From: an uncultured Pirellulales bacterium
GTDB lineage: Bacteria; Planctomycetota; Phycisphaerae; Sedimentisphaerales; Anaerobacaceae
Assembly: GCA_964601185.1 (NCBI GenBank)
Contig: CAZRMQ010000002.1
Location: 1 to 57,769, forward strand
DNA: 57,769 bases
Direction of reading: 5' to 3'
The translations under genes and the position numbers were made by a program. The notes under the pieces were generated by a model. The model saw nothing but the letters and a program-made list of their open reading frames with translations. It was not told where the DNA came from and ran no database searches. This document shows positions 25,158 through 34,562 of the stretch, in pieces; the stretch's first letter is position 1, and every line of letters begins with the position of its first letter.

Positions 25158-25299
25158 TCCATTAGTGCATACAATTTTGTAGATTACATCTAAATAAACT
25201 ACTTTTTTGTAGTTTTCTCATTTTTCTCCCTAAACAACCGACATCCATAACATCTTGAGATATAAGCTATTACAACTGTTTAAAAGAAAAAGTGTGTTT

Positions 25300-25315
25300 T
25301 GGCATAGCAATTGCT
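25300..25315 (+). promoter_or_regulatory. Sigma54 (-24/-12) promoter
   Basis: TGGCAT-agcaa-TTGCT matches TGGCAC-N5-TTGCW with correct GG/GC spacing. It lies 95 nt upstream of the porin-like gene that heads the amtB-glnK unit, directly downstream of the bEBP gene. Confidence 0.6.
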
Positions 25316-25409
25316 CATATAAAACAATCGATGATATTGCTTTTGAGCTGAGTATCACACAATCAGAAAACTGAGCGAATTGAAGCTTGATTATAAGGAA
25401 TTGATTTAA

Positions 25410-26186
25410 GTGAAAAAGCTTATACTTTTAATTTTGGGAATGAGCGTATTGAACTATGCTGTGACATGCTTTGCAGAGGATACAATCGAGCTTGAGACTT
25501 CGGTAGATTTTCTCAGCAAATATATCTGGCGTGGTCAGAATATTGATGATGACCCGGTTTTTCAGCCAAGCATTAGTGCAGCTTATGGTAATCTGGCTGC
25601 ATCGATCTGGGGCAATCTTGAACTGACCAATATAAACGATAAGAGCGGCGATTTTTCGGAGATTGATTATTCATTGGGCTGCACCGGTACTTTGCCGCGC
25701 GTTGATGGTGTGGGGTATTCGATTGGTGTTATCTACTATGATTTTCCGAGTAGTGCCGCCGATGGTACCAGGACTCCGGATACAACGGAAGTGTATTGGG
25801 GTCTTAATTTAGATGTACCTTTAAGTCCTTCGGTGACAATCTATCATGATGTTGACGAGGCGGAAGGCTCGTATGTGTCACTATGTGCAGGGCACGATAT
25901 TGAAAAGATTGTAGAGCTTGGACCGGATATACCTGTCGGCATGGAAATCAATACGAGCTTAGGCTGGGGCAGCGGCTCCTACAATAAGTATTACTGGGGC
26001 ACCGACCAAAGCAAGCTAAATGACCTGGCGTTTTCTGTTTCTTTCCCGGTAGAAATCGCAGGCTGGACGGTAAAACCAAGCTTGAGTTATGTTACGTTAC
26101 TAAGTGATGATATACGTGATACAGATGCTTACGGGACGGACAGCGATTTCTTTGTTGCCGGTGTTAGTTTATCAAAGGCTTTTTAA
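25410..26186 (+). CDS. Outer-membrane beta-barrel/porin-like protein commonly linked to amtB (TIGR02001-like)
   Basis: 258 aa, GTG start after AAGGAA, with a signal peptide ending CFA. Alternating beta-strand pattern with SKYIWRGQNIDDDPVFQPSISAAYGNL and a terminal aromatic (..LSKAF). The family assignment is from memory. Confidence 0.55.
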   Translation: MKKLILLILGMSVLNYAVTCFAEDTIELETSVDFLSKYIWRGQNIDDDPVFQPSISAAYGNLAASIWGNLELTNINDKSGDFSEIDYSLGCTGTLPRVDGVGYSIGVIYYDFPSSAADGTRTPDTTEVYWGLNLDVPLSPSVTIYHDVDEAEGSYVSLCAGHDIEKIVELGPDIPVGMEINTSLGWGSGSYNKYYWGTDQSKLNDLAFSVSFPVEIAGWTVKPSLSYVTLLSDDIRDTDAYGTDSDFFVAGVSLSKAF

Positions 26187-26215
26187 GAATGGAAATAGAT
26201 ATGGACGGTAGAAAA

Positions 26216-27574
26216 ATGAAAGTTTTATTTATCTGTGTTGGGCTGGTAGTAACATTAGCTGTGTGTGCACCTGCATTTGCCGATTCTGCTGGTGCAGGTG
26301 ACACAGCTTTGGAAAGTATCAACATAGCCAATCTCAAACAAGGTCTGGACACGGTATGGGTATTGTTAGCAGCGTTTTTGGTCTTCTTTATGCAAGCTGG
26401 GTTTGGAATGGTGGAAGCCGGGTTCATCCGTGCAAAAAACACCTGCAATATTTTAACCAAAAACTTCCTTGATTTCTGTATGGCTTCGTTGGCTTTTTTC
26501 TTAGTGGGTTACGCATTTATGTTCGGTGACGGAAACAGCTTTATAGGCACAAAAGGCTGGTGTCTGCTCGGCCTTGAGCCGATAGCTAACGGTGTCCCTC
26601 TATATGCCTTTTGGCTGTTCCAGGCGGCATTTTGCGGCGCTGCTGCTACAATAGTCGCCGGCGGCATGGCGGAAAGAATGAAATTTATCGGATACCTTAT
26701 TTACTCTTTTACTATTTCTGCTCTTATTTATCCTATTGTCGGACACTGGATTTGGGGTGGCGGTTGGCTCGCAAAAATGGGTTTTGCCGATTTTGCCGGC
26801 TCGACCGTCGTTCATACGGTCGGTGGTTTTGCTGCCTTAGTTGGCACCAGCATACTTGGCCCGCGGGAAGGAAAGTACAACATCGACGGAACGCCCCGTG
26901 TTCTTGCGGGTCACAGTATCCCGCTGGCCTCTTTGGGAGTATTTATCCTGTGGTTTGGCTGGTTTGGCTTTAATCCAGGTTCGACATTGAGTGTCGGCGA
27001 TGGTATGGCCATTGGACGCGTAGCGCTGAACACCAACATGGCAGCAGCTCTCGGTGGTATTGTTGCAATGCTAACCGTATGGAAAAGATTCGGGAAACCG
27101 GACCTGTCAATGGCTATGAACGGTGCACTCGCAGGGCTGGTCGCAATCACCGCTCCATGTGCGTATGTGGACCCCTGGGCATCAATTGTGATTGGAGGCA
27201 TCGCAGGTTATATTGTTGTAAGAGGTGTTGAGCTGCTCGACAAATTGAAAATAGATGACCCCGTCGGTGCCGTTCCGGTACACGGTATATGTGGAGTATG
27301 GGGCACAATCTGTACAGGAATATTCGGCAAAAAAGCTCTCGGTTTGGCAAACGAAGGCTTCATATACAGTGCGAATCCGATGCAGCTCGGCGTCCAGATT
27401 GTCGGTTCTGTTACAACAATTGCATTTGTTATCATAACAATGGGACTGTTATTCAAGCTAATAGACATGACTATCGGTCTGAGAGTCTCACGCGAAGAAG
27501 AACTTCGCGGCCTCGATATAGGCGAACACGGGATGGAAGCGTACGGTGGCTTCCAGATATTCAGTACAAGCTAA
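26216..27574 (+). CDS. amtB: Ammonium transporter
   Basis: Amt/MEP signature blocks: FFMQAGFGMVEAGF, DFAGSTVVHTVGGFAAL, FILWFGWFGFNPGS and GAVPVHGICGVWG (twin-His). The ORF track starts at 26189; ATG 26216 gives a clean signal peptide. Confidence 0.92.
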   Translation: MKVLFICVGLVVTLAVCAPAFADSAGAGDTALESINIANLKQGLDTVWVLLAAFLVFFMQAGFGMVEAGFIRAKNTCNILTKNFLDFCMASLAFFLVGYAFMFGDGNSFIGTKGWCLLGLEPIANGVPLYAFWLFQAAFCGAAATIVAGGMAERMKFIGYLIYSFTISALIYPIVGHWIWGGGWLAKMGFADFAGSTVVHTVGGFAALVGTSILGPREGKYNIDGTPRVLAGHSIPLASLGVFILWFGWFGFNPGSTLSVGDGMAIGRVALNTNMAAALGGIVAMLTVWKRFGKPDLSMAMNGALAGLVAITAPCAYVDPWASIVIGGIAGYIVVRGVELLDKLKIDDPVGAVPVHGICGVWGTICTGIFGKKALGLANEGFIYSANPMQLGVQIVGSVTTIAFVIITMGLLFKLIDMTIGLRVSREEELRGLDIGEHGMEAYGGFQIFSTS

Positions 27575-27596
27575 CTCTTGATAAAGGAAAGCTAAA

Positions 27597-27938
27597 ATGA
27601 AGCTGATAATCGCATATATTCAACCACACAAATTGCAGGATGTCAAAAAGGCCTTATATAAAAATGAAGTCTTTAAAATGTCCGTGACTAACGCTCTTGG
27701 CTGTGGTGAACAGCAGGGTTATACCGAAAGCTATCGAGGCATAAAATTCGAGGTCAACCTGCTTAAAAAAGTCAGGCTGGAGATAGCAGTAAATGAGGAC
27801 TTTGTCGAAAAGACTATAAATGCGATTATTGAAGGTGCAAAGACGGGCCGGATAGGCGATGGGAAAATATTAGTGCTGGATTTGCCTGAGTGCATCCGCA
27901 TTCGGACCGGAGAAAAAGGTAAAAAAGCAATTGGCTAA
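27597..27938 (+). CDS. glnK: P-II nitrogen regulatory protein
   Basis: 113 aa. [20 protein letters not shown]..., a T-loop with Tyr ([11 protein letters not shown]) and a C-terminal [15 protein letters not shown]. It sits immediately downstream of amtB. Confidence 0.9.
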   Translation: MKLIIAYIQPHKLQDVKKALYKNEVFKMSVTNALGCGEQQGYTESYRGIKFEVNLLKKVRLEIAVNEDFVEKTINAIIEGAKTGRIGDGKILVLDLPECIRIRTGEKGKKAIG

Positions 27939-28027
27939 GAACTAAAACGATAGACATTGAATCTGTATTTGTGTAGATTTACTATGATTGAAGAGTGAAT
28001 AAAAATTTTTCAGAAAGGAACCAAATA

Positions 28028-29440
28028 ATGACTCCAAAAGATTTTTTTGAGTTTGCAAAGAAACACAATGCTGAGATGGTCGATTTAAAATTTACAGACC
28101 TTCTTGGAACCTGGCAGCACTGCAGCTTTCCTATTGATACATGGGACGAGGAGACATTCAAGGATGGTGTCGGATTCGATGGCTCGTCCATCCGCGGCTG
28201 GCAGGGAATACACGTCTCGGATATGCTGGCTATACCTGATCCTGATACTACGGTCATCGACCCATTTTTTGCCAAACCAACGGTGAGCATTATTGCTAAT
28301 ATTGTTGACCCGGTCACAAGAAAGGACTATAGCCGCGACCCGCGTCACGTGGCGCGCAAAGGAGCAGAGTATTTAAAGAAAACCGGAATCGCGGATACCT
28401 GCTATATTGGGCCTGAGCCGGAATTCTTTATATTTGACGAGGTGCGCTACGAGCAGAATCAGTACACGGGTATGTACAAGATAGATTCGGTCGAGGGAGC
28501 CTGGAATACCGCTCGTTTTGAGGAGCCGAATCTCGGATATAAGCCGAGCTTTAAGGGCGGCTACTTCCCTGTCAGCCCTACTGATACGTATCACGACCTG
28601 CGCGGTGAGATGGTCTATGAAATGCGAAAGGTCGGGATTGTCGTTGAAGCGCACCACCATGAAGTGGCAACAGCCGGTCAAAGCGAGATCGATATGCAGT
28701 TTGCTGAGCTTGTAAAAATAGCAGATCAGTTTATGTGGTATAAGTACATCATCAAGAACATTGCCAGGCGAAATGGAAAAACCGTTACTTTCATGGCCAA
28801 ACCCATCTTCCAGGATAATGGCAGCGGCATGCACTCACACTTCTCGCTATGGAAAGGCGGTAAGCCGTTGTTTGCAGGCAACGGGTATGCAGGATTGAGC
28901 GATATTGGATTGTTTTCATGTGGCGGTTTGTTGAAGCACGCACCTGCGATCCTGGCATTTGCGGCACCGACGACGAACTCTTATCGTCGGCTGGTTCCGG
29001 GCTTTGAGGCACCGGTGAATCTTGTTATGAGCGCCCGGAATCGCTCAGCAGGTGTTCGCATCCCGATGTATTCAGACCGCCCAAAGGCAAAACGCCTTGA
29101 GTTTCGCTGTCCCGACCCAAGTTGCAACGGCTATATAACCTGGACGGCTATGCTTATGGCGGCGTTAGATGGAGTTCAAAATAAAATCGATCCAGGCGAG
29201 CCGCTGGATCGGGATATCTACGAAATGACGCCGGAAGAATTGGCCAAATATCCCAAAACTCCTGGCTCACTGGCTGAAGCAATTGATGCTCTGGAAAAAG
29301 ACCATAAGTTCCTATTGGCAGGCGGCGTCTTCACTGAAGATTTAATAGAGACATGGATTAAATGGAAAAAGGAAAAAGAGCTTAATGAGATGGCCCTGAG
29401 GCCGCACCCGTATGAGTTTCATCTGTATTACGACAGTTAA
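28028..29440 (+). CDS. glnA: Glutamine synthetase type I
   Basis: GS-I blocks [42 protein letters not shown] and [16 protein letters not shown] 28028 is preceded by AAAGGAA; the ORF track starts at GTG 27995. Confidence 0.95.
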   Translation: MTPKDFFEFAKKHNAEMVDLKFTDLLGTWQHCSFPIDTWDEETFKDGVGFDGSSIRGWQGIHVSDMLAIPDPDTTVIDPFFAKPTVSIIANIVDPVTRKDYSRDPRHVARKGAEYLKKTGIADTCYIGPEPEFFIFDEVRYEQNQYTGMYKIDSVEGAWNTARFEEPNLGYKPSFKGGYFPVSPTDTYHDLRGEMVYEMRKVGIVVEAHHHEVATAGQSEIDMQFAELVKIADQFMWYKYIIKNIARRNGKTVTFMAKPIFQDNGSGMHSHFSLWKGGKPLFAGNGYAGLSDIGLFSCGGLLKHAPAILAFAAPTTNSYRRLVPGFEAPVNLVMSARNRSAGVRIPMYSDRPKAKRLEFRCPDPSCNGYITWTAMLMAALDGVQNKIDPGEPLDRDIYEMTPEELAKYPKTPGSLAEAIDALEKDHKFLLAGGVFTEDLIETWIKWKKEKELNEMALRPHPYEFHLYYDS

Positions 29441-29442
29441 TA

Positions 29443-29505
29443 ACAGAAGACAGAAGACGGAGGACAGAAGGCAGAATTTCTGTCATCTGTCTTTCCGTCC
29501 TCTGG
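29443..29505. repeat. Heptamer-repeat hairpin immediately after the glnA stop
   Basis: ACAGAAG ACAGAAG ACGGAGG ACAGAAG GCAGAAT, followed by its imperfect complement TTCTGTCATCTGTCTTTCCGTCCTCTGG. This gives a ~25-bp imperfect stem. Confidence 0.6.
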
Positions 29506-29686
29506 ATAAATTTGGAATTGGGTTGCGGGCGAGGCTTGCCCAAAGTATGCCGCATTGGCAAGATCGGCTGAAAGAGCAAGCCTTGCCCAAATATGGTTCT
29601 TAAGCGTTGCTCATAATATACCAGAAATCAAATATGGAAAAAGTTTGATTTTGCATATTCTTTAATAATACCTCCAGATGTTGAGG

Positions 29687-29708
29687 AGCATCGAAAGATG
29701 CTTTTTTT
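29687..29708 (+). terminator. Canonical intrinsic terminator ~250 nt downstream of glnA
   Basis: AGCATC-GAAA-GATGCT followed by TTTTTT. Confidence 0.65.
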
Positions 29709-29893
29709 ACGCCAGCTTTTCATTATTAGAATGTCTACTTATATTATTTGCTGTTCTAATACTGTTTATTAAAGCAATTTGCTCTCTAAGATCTGAAAGT
29801 CGGAGTATAATATTTATAGTAAAGCTTTATCTTTTGAAGCGATTGAGTTATTAGCCTCTATATTGGGGCACTTTTATGGCATAAACCAGTATT

Positions 29894-32800
29894 ATGATGC
29901 ACCCGAACAAGGAAATCGATAAATATGCAGACCTGCTACAACAGGGGCAAGGTTTATATGAATCTCGATATGAACACGATTCATGCGGGATTGGTGCTGT
30001 CGTAGATATTTTAGGGAAACGCAGCCATTCGATTATTGAATATGGCAAGCAGATCCTGGTGAACCTGCATCATCGTGGAGCGGCTGGAGCCGATGAGATT
30101 ACAGGCGATGGGGCGGGGATCCTTTTCCAGATACCACATGAGTTTTTCTTTGTTGAATGTGAAGAAAAACTGGGCTTTTCTCTGCCGCAACCCGGACAGT
30201 ACGGCGTTGGTATGGTGTTCGGCTCGCAGGAGACCAAACTTCGCGAGCAATGTGACAAAATCCTGGAGTCTGCAATTGCATACTATGGATTGGCTGTGCT
30301 TGGCTGGCGAGAGGTACCCACGACCAACGATTGTCTTGGGCAAATAGCCTTGTCGGCTGAACCTTCTATCAAACAGATTTTCATAGATGGGGCAGGTTTT
30401 GGAGAAGAGAATCTCGAACGGCGCCTGTACTTGGCACGCAGGCGGACGGAGAGGTTGGTGAAGAAGAAGTTCGGTGAACAGGGCCAGGATTTTTACATAA
30501 CTTCGCTGTCGTGTAGAACGATTTGCTACAAAGGCATGTTTATGGCCTGGCAATTGTTCTCTTATTATCCGGATTTGTCTGATGAGCTCATTAAATCGGC
30601 TCTGGCAATAGTCCATCAGCGCTACAGTACAAATACGTTTCCGAACTGGCGTCTTGCTCAGCCGTTTCGCTGCATAGCTCATAACGGCGAGATAAACACG
30701 CTCAGTGGCAACCGTAACTGGATGCGGACCCGCCAGAAGCAAATGACCAATGAGTTGTTAGGGGATAATATTAGCGATTTGTTTCCGGTTCTAACGCCTG
30801 AGATGAGTGACTCCGCATGTTTTGACAGTACGCTTGAGCTTCTCGTTCAGGCCGGCAGAAGTATGCCCCATGCAATGATGATGATGATTCCCGAAGCATT
30901 CGGCTCGAAATATCATATTAGTACTGATAAACGCGCTTTCTATGAGTATCACTCCTCAGTAATGGAGCCTTGGGACGGGCCAGCAGCGATGGTATTTACA
31001 GATGGTCGGCTGGTCGGCGGAACGCTGGACCGCAACGGCTTAAGACCCTGCCGGTATTTGGTTACAACTGATGGCTTAGCCATTATTGCCAGTGAAGCGG
31101 GAGTGGTGCAATTTCCATCCGAAAAGATACAACGAAAGGGGCGTCTTCAGCCGGGTCGAATGTTTCTTGTGGATACTGTTGAGGGAAGGATAATTACCGA
31201 TAACGAGATAAAAAGCAAGATCGCCCGGCAAAAACCCTATCGCAGGTGGCTGACGGAGAATAGGATTGAGCTTAGAGGATTATTTGATGCGCCCAAGCTT
31301 GTCACAAGCGATCCACAAACCCTGAGCCAAAGGATGCGGCTATTCGGCTATACCAGCGAAGAGCTCAAGATGATTTTAACGCCCATGGCCCTGCACGGTC
31401 AGGAACCCGTTGGGTCAATGGGTAACGATACACCGCTTGCGGTGCTTTCTGATAAGCCAAAGCTATTATTTAATTATTTCAAACAGCTATTCGCACAGGT
31501 GACCAATCCTCCGATTGACCCACTGCGGGAAGGGCTCGTGATGAGCCTGATGACGTTTATGGGCAAAAAAAGGAACATCCTGGACGAGACGCCACAGCAT
31601 TGCAGACAGCTTAAGCTGCCACATCCGATTCTGACTAATGAGGATATTGAGCGGCTGAAGATGATCAACCGAGACGATTTCAAGGTTGCTACCATCAACG
31701 CTGTTTTCCAGCCTGATACTATCGATGCCGGCGCCGGTCTTGCTCGCGCGCTGGATGTATTGATCGATACTGCGGTGCGGGCAATTGCAGACGGGGCGTC
31801 ACTTATTATTATTAGTGATCGCGGCACCTCTGAAACGATGATGCCGATACCGTCAATATTGGCGACAGCGGCAGTTCATCATGGCTTGCTTAATCGCGGC
31901 CTTCGGGGCGAAGTGGGCCTGATCGTTGAGAGCGGAGAGCCCAGAGAGGTTATGCACTTCTGCCTCTTGGCAGGTTTCGGTGCCAATGCAGTCAATCCAT
32001 ACCTGGCGTTTGAATGTCTCGATGAATTACATCGTCGAGATGATCTACCAACTGATATGGAACCGACACAGATAGCAGATAATTATATAGCAGCTTTGAA
32101 AAAAGGCATCCTCAAGACTATGAGCAAGATGGGTATCTCCACGCTGCGAAGCTATACGGGTGCCCAGTTGTTTGAAGCTATTGGATTGAACCGTGAAGTT
32201 GTTGATAAATATTTTACCGGCACCAGCTCGCGAATCGGTGGAATCGGATTGAATGAAATCGCTGCGGAAGCCCTTGCCCGCCATGTCTCGGCATTCGAAC
32301 AGCGCCCGGAAGGGGCGCTGGAATTGGATTTCGGAGGCGAATATCATTATAGACGCACCGCAGAACACCATCTATGGAATCCTACTACGGTATCTCGGCT
32401 GCAGCATGCCGTAATGAATAACGATGCAAGCGCTTACGCTGATTACGCTAAAGCAGTCAACGATCAATCAACGAAGCTTTGCACGCTGCGCGGACTATTT
32501 GAATTTACCCCAGGTGAGCCGATCAATATCAATGAGGTAGAGCCAGCCGGCGAGATTATAAAGAGATTCTGTACAGGTGCGATGAGCCACGGCTCGATTA
32601 GCAAAGAAGCACATGAGTGCCTTGCCATTGCGATGAATCGCCTGGGTGCTATGAGTAATACCGGCGAAGGTGGCGAAGATCCATCACGTTATACGCCTGA
32701 ACCTAATGGAGATTCGAAAAATTGTGCCATCAAACAGGTAGCCAGCGGCAGATTTGGTGTCACCATCAACTACCTCGCGCATGCTAAAGAGCTGCAGATT

Positions 32801-34483
32801 AAAATGGCTCAGGGTGCCAAGCCGGGCGAAGGAGGTCAATTGCCGGGACATAAGGTCACGGATGAAATTGCGAAAATGCGATATTCTACACCTGGCGTTA
32901 CACTTATATCGCCGCCACCGCATCACGATATATATTCTATTGAGGATTTGGCACAATTAATATACGACCTTAAATGTAGCAATCCCGGCGTAAAAGTGTC
33001 AGTTAAACTTGTGGCGGAAGTTGGTGTAGGCACGATTGCAGCCGGCGTTACCAAAGGTAATGCCGACGAAGTTCTTATCAGCGGCCACGATGGCGGAACC
33101 GGTGCAAGCCCGCTTTCTTCAATCAAGCACACCGGCTGTCCCTGGGAGCTCGGTCTGGCTGAGACACAACAGGTTCTTGTGATGAATGGATTGCGAGACC
33201 GAATCAGAGTGCAGGCTGATGGTCAGATGAAGACCGGCAGAGATGTGGTCGTGGCGGCAATGCTGGGAGCCGAGCGGTTCGGTTTCGGAACTGCGGCTCT
33301 GGTCGCGATTGGCTGTACACTCTTACGCAAATGCCATGAAGGCGCCTGTCCGTTTGGAATCGGTACGCAGGACCCGGAACTACGAAAACGATTCGCAGGC
33401 AAGCCGGAGTATATTGAAAGATTCATGCACTTTGTGGCTGAGGAAGTCCGCCAGATTATGGCTGAGCTGGGCTACAGAAGATTTGAGGATATGGTCGGGG
33501 CGGTTCACAGATTGAGTGTCCGCAAGGCGATTAACCACTATAAGGCCAAAGGGCTGGATTTTTCTGCCATTTTCCATAGGCCGAGAACTTGCGATGGTAG
33601 GGCGTTACGATTAACCAGTGCCCAGCCGGTCAAAATCAACGACAATCTTGATTGGCAGATTCTGGAAAGAGCAAAAGATGCAATTGAGAACAAAAAAAAG
33701 ACTGTGTTCGAAATGGCAATTGCCAATGTTAATCGAACTATAGGTGCGATTCTCAGTAATCATATAGTGTGTAAATATGGCCCAAAGGGTTTGCCCGATG
33801 AGACGCTGGAAATTATTTTTCATGGCTCGGCTGGGCAGAGCTTCGGTGCCTTTTTGGCTCCAGGCGTGACACTGAGACTTATCGGCGAAGGCAATGATTA
33901 TCTCGGCAAAGGTCTTTCCGGCGGACGAATCGTTGTCCAGACGCCGCAAAATAGCCCGTTTATAGCCCATGAGAATATCATTGTCGGAAATACTCTTCTT
34001 TATGGTGCAACTGCTGGTGAAGTCTTCATCAACGGTATGGCGGGTGAACGATTTGCCGTACGCAACAGCGGCGCAACAGCGGTTGTTGAAGGCCTCGGCG
34101 ACCATGGCTGCGAGTATATGACCGGCGGTGTGGTCGTGGTGCTGGGGCAGACCGGTTGTAATTTTGCCGCCGGCATGAGTGGCGGTATAGCGTATGCCCT
34201 TGATGAGATGCAATTGTTTGATACGCTTTGTAATCTGGACATGGTGGAGCTGGAGAGTGTTTGGCAGAACGATGATAAAGAGTTACTGCATGATTTGGTT
34301 AAGCAACATCTGAAGTGGACTAATAGTCAGCGTGCAAAATATATTTTGAATGCTTGGCCGGATATGGTGGGAAAGTTTGTGAAAGTTATGCCCATAGATT
34401 ATCGGCTGTCTTTGGAGAAGATGCGGGCAGCCGAGCAGCGTGACACAGAAACCACGCCGGCTACTGAGGAAGTTTTTCGTTGA
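29894..34483 (+). CDS. gltB: Glutamate synthase large subunit
   Basis: 1529 aa. Ntn-amidotransferase Cys in HDSCGIGAVVDI, an FMN/Fe-S central domain (e.g. GEGGEDP, ISGHDGGTGASP) and a C-terminal GXGXG beta-helix domain. Confidence 0.95.
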   Translation: MMHPNKEIDKYADLLQQGQGLYESRYEHDSCGIGAVVDILGKRSHSIIEYGKQILVNLHHRGAAGADEITGDGAGILFQIPHEFFFVECEEKLGFSLPQPGQYGVGMVFGSQETKLREQCDKILESAIAYYGLAVLGWREVPTTNDCLGQIALSAEPSIKQIFIDGAGFGEENLERRLYLARRRTERLVKKKFGEQGQDFYITSLSCRTICYKGMFMAWQLFSYYPDLSDELIKSALAIVHQRYSTNTFPNWRLAQPFRCIAHNGEINTLSGNRNWMRTRQKQMTNELLGDNISDLFPVLTPEMSDSACFDSTLELLVQAGRSMPHAMMMMIPEAFGSKYHISTDKRAFYEYHSSVMEPWDGPAAMVFTDGRLVGGTLDRNGLRPCRYLVTTDGLAIIASEAGVVQFPSEKIQRKGRLQPGRMFLVDTVEGRIITDNEIKSKIARQKPYRRWLTENRIELRGLFDAPKLVTSDPQTLSQRMRLFGYTSEELKMILTPMALHGQEPVGSMGNDTPLAVLSDKPKLLFNYFKQLFAQVTNPPIDPLREGLVMSLMTFMGKKRNILDETPQHCRQLKLPHPILTNEDIERLKMINRDDFKVATINAVFQPDTIDAGAGLARALDVLIDTAVRAIADGASLIIISDRGTSETMMPIPSILATAAVHHGLLNRGLRGEVGLIVESGEPREVMHFCLLAGFGANAVNPYLAFECLDELHRRDDLPTDMEPTQIADNYIAALKKGILKTMSKMGISTLRSYTGAQLFEAIGLNREVVDKYFTGTSSRIGGIGLNEIAAEALARHVSAFEQRPEGALELDFGGEYHYRRTAEHHLWNPTTVSRLQHAVMNNDASAYADYAKAVNDQSTKLCTLRGLFEFTPGEPININEVEPAGEIIKRFCTGAMSHGSISKEAHECLAIAMNRLGAMSNTGEGGEDPSRYTPEPNGDSKNCAIKQVASGRFGVTINYLAHAKELQIKMAQGAKPGEGGQLPGHKVTDEIAKMRYSTPGVTLISPPPHHDIYSIEDLAQLIYDLKCSNPGVKVSVKLVAEVGVGTIAAGVTKGNADEVLISGHDGGTGASPLSSIKHTGCPWELGLAETQQVLVMNGLRDRIRVQADGQMKTGRDVVVAAMLGAERFGFGTAALVAIGCTLLRKCHEGACPFGIGTQDPELRKRFAGKPEYIERFMHFVAEEVRQIMAELGYRRFEDMVGAVHRLSVRKAINHYKAKGLDFSAIFHRPRTCDGRALRLTSAQPVKINDNLDWQILERAKDAIENKKKTVFEMAIANVNRTIGAILSNHIVCKYGPKGLPDETLEIIFHGSAGQSFGAFLAPGVTLRLIGEGNDYLGKGLSGGRIVVQTPQNSPFIAHENIIVGNTLLYGATAGEVFINGMAGERFAVRNSGATAVVEGLGDHGCEYMTGGVVVVLGQTGCNFAAGMSGGIAYALDEMQLFDTLCNLDMVELESVWQNDDKELLHDLVKQHLKWTNSQRAKYILNAWPDMVGKFVKVMPIDYRLSLEKMRAAEQRDTETTPATEEVFR

Positions 34484-34562
34484 GAGAATTAGAGATTAGA
34501 GAATCTAAAATTCCAATTTGCCAATTAACTAATCAGCTAATTCACTAATAAACTTAACAGTT

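Noticed and set aside
29866-29880. Second sigma54-like element GGGCAC-TTTTA-TGGC just upstream of gltB
   Set aside because: GG/GC spacing is correct, but the -12 element is TGGC rather than TTGC. The predicted start site would fall 2-3 nt before the gltB ATG (29894), leaving no leader or RBS. It is kept only as a weak possibility to test by 5-prime mapping.
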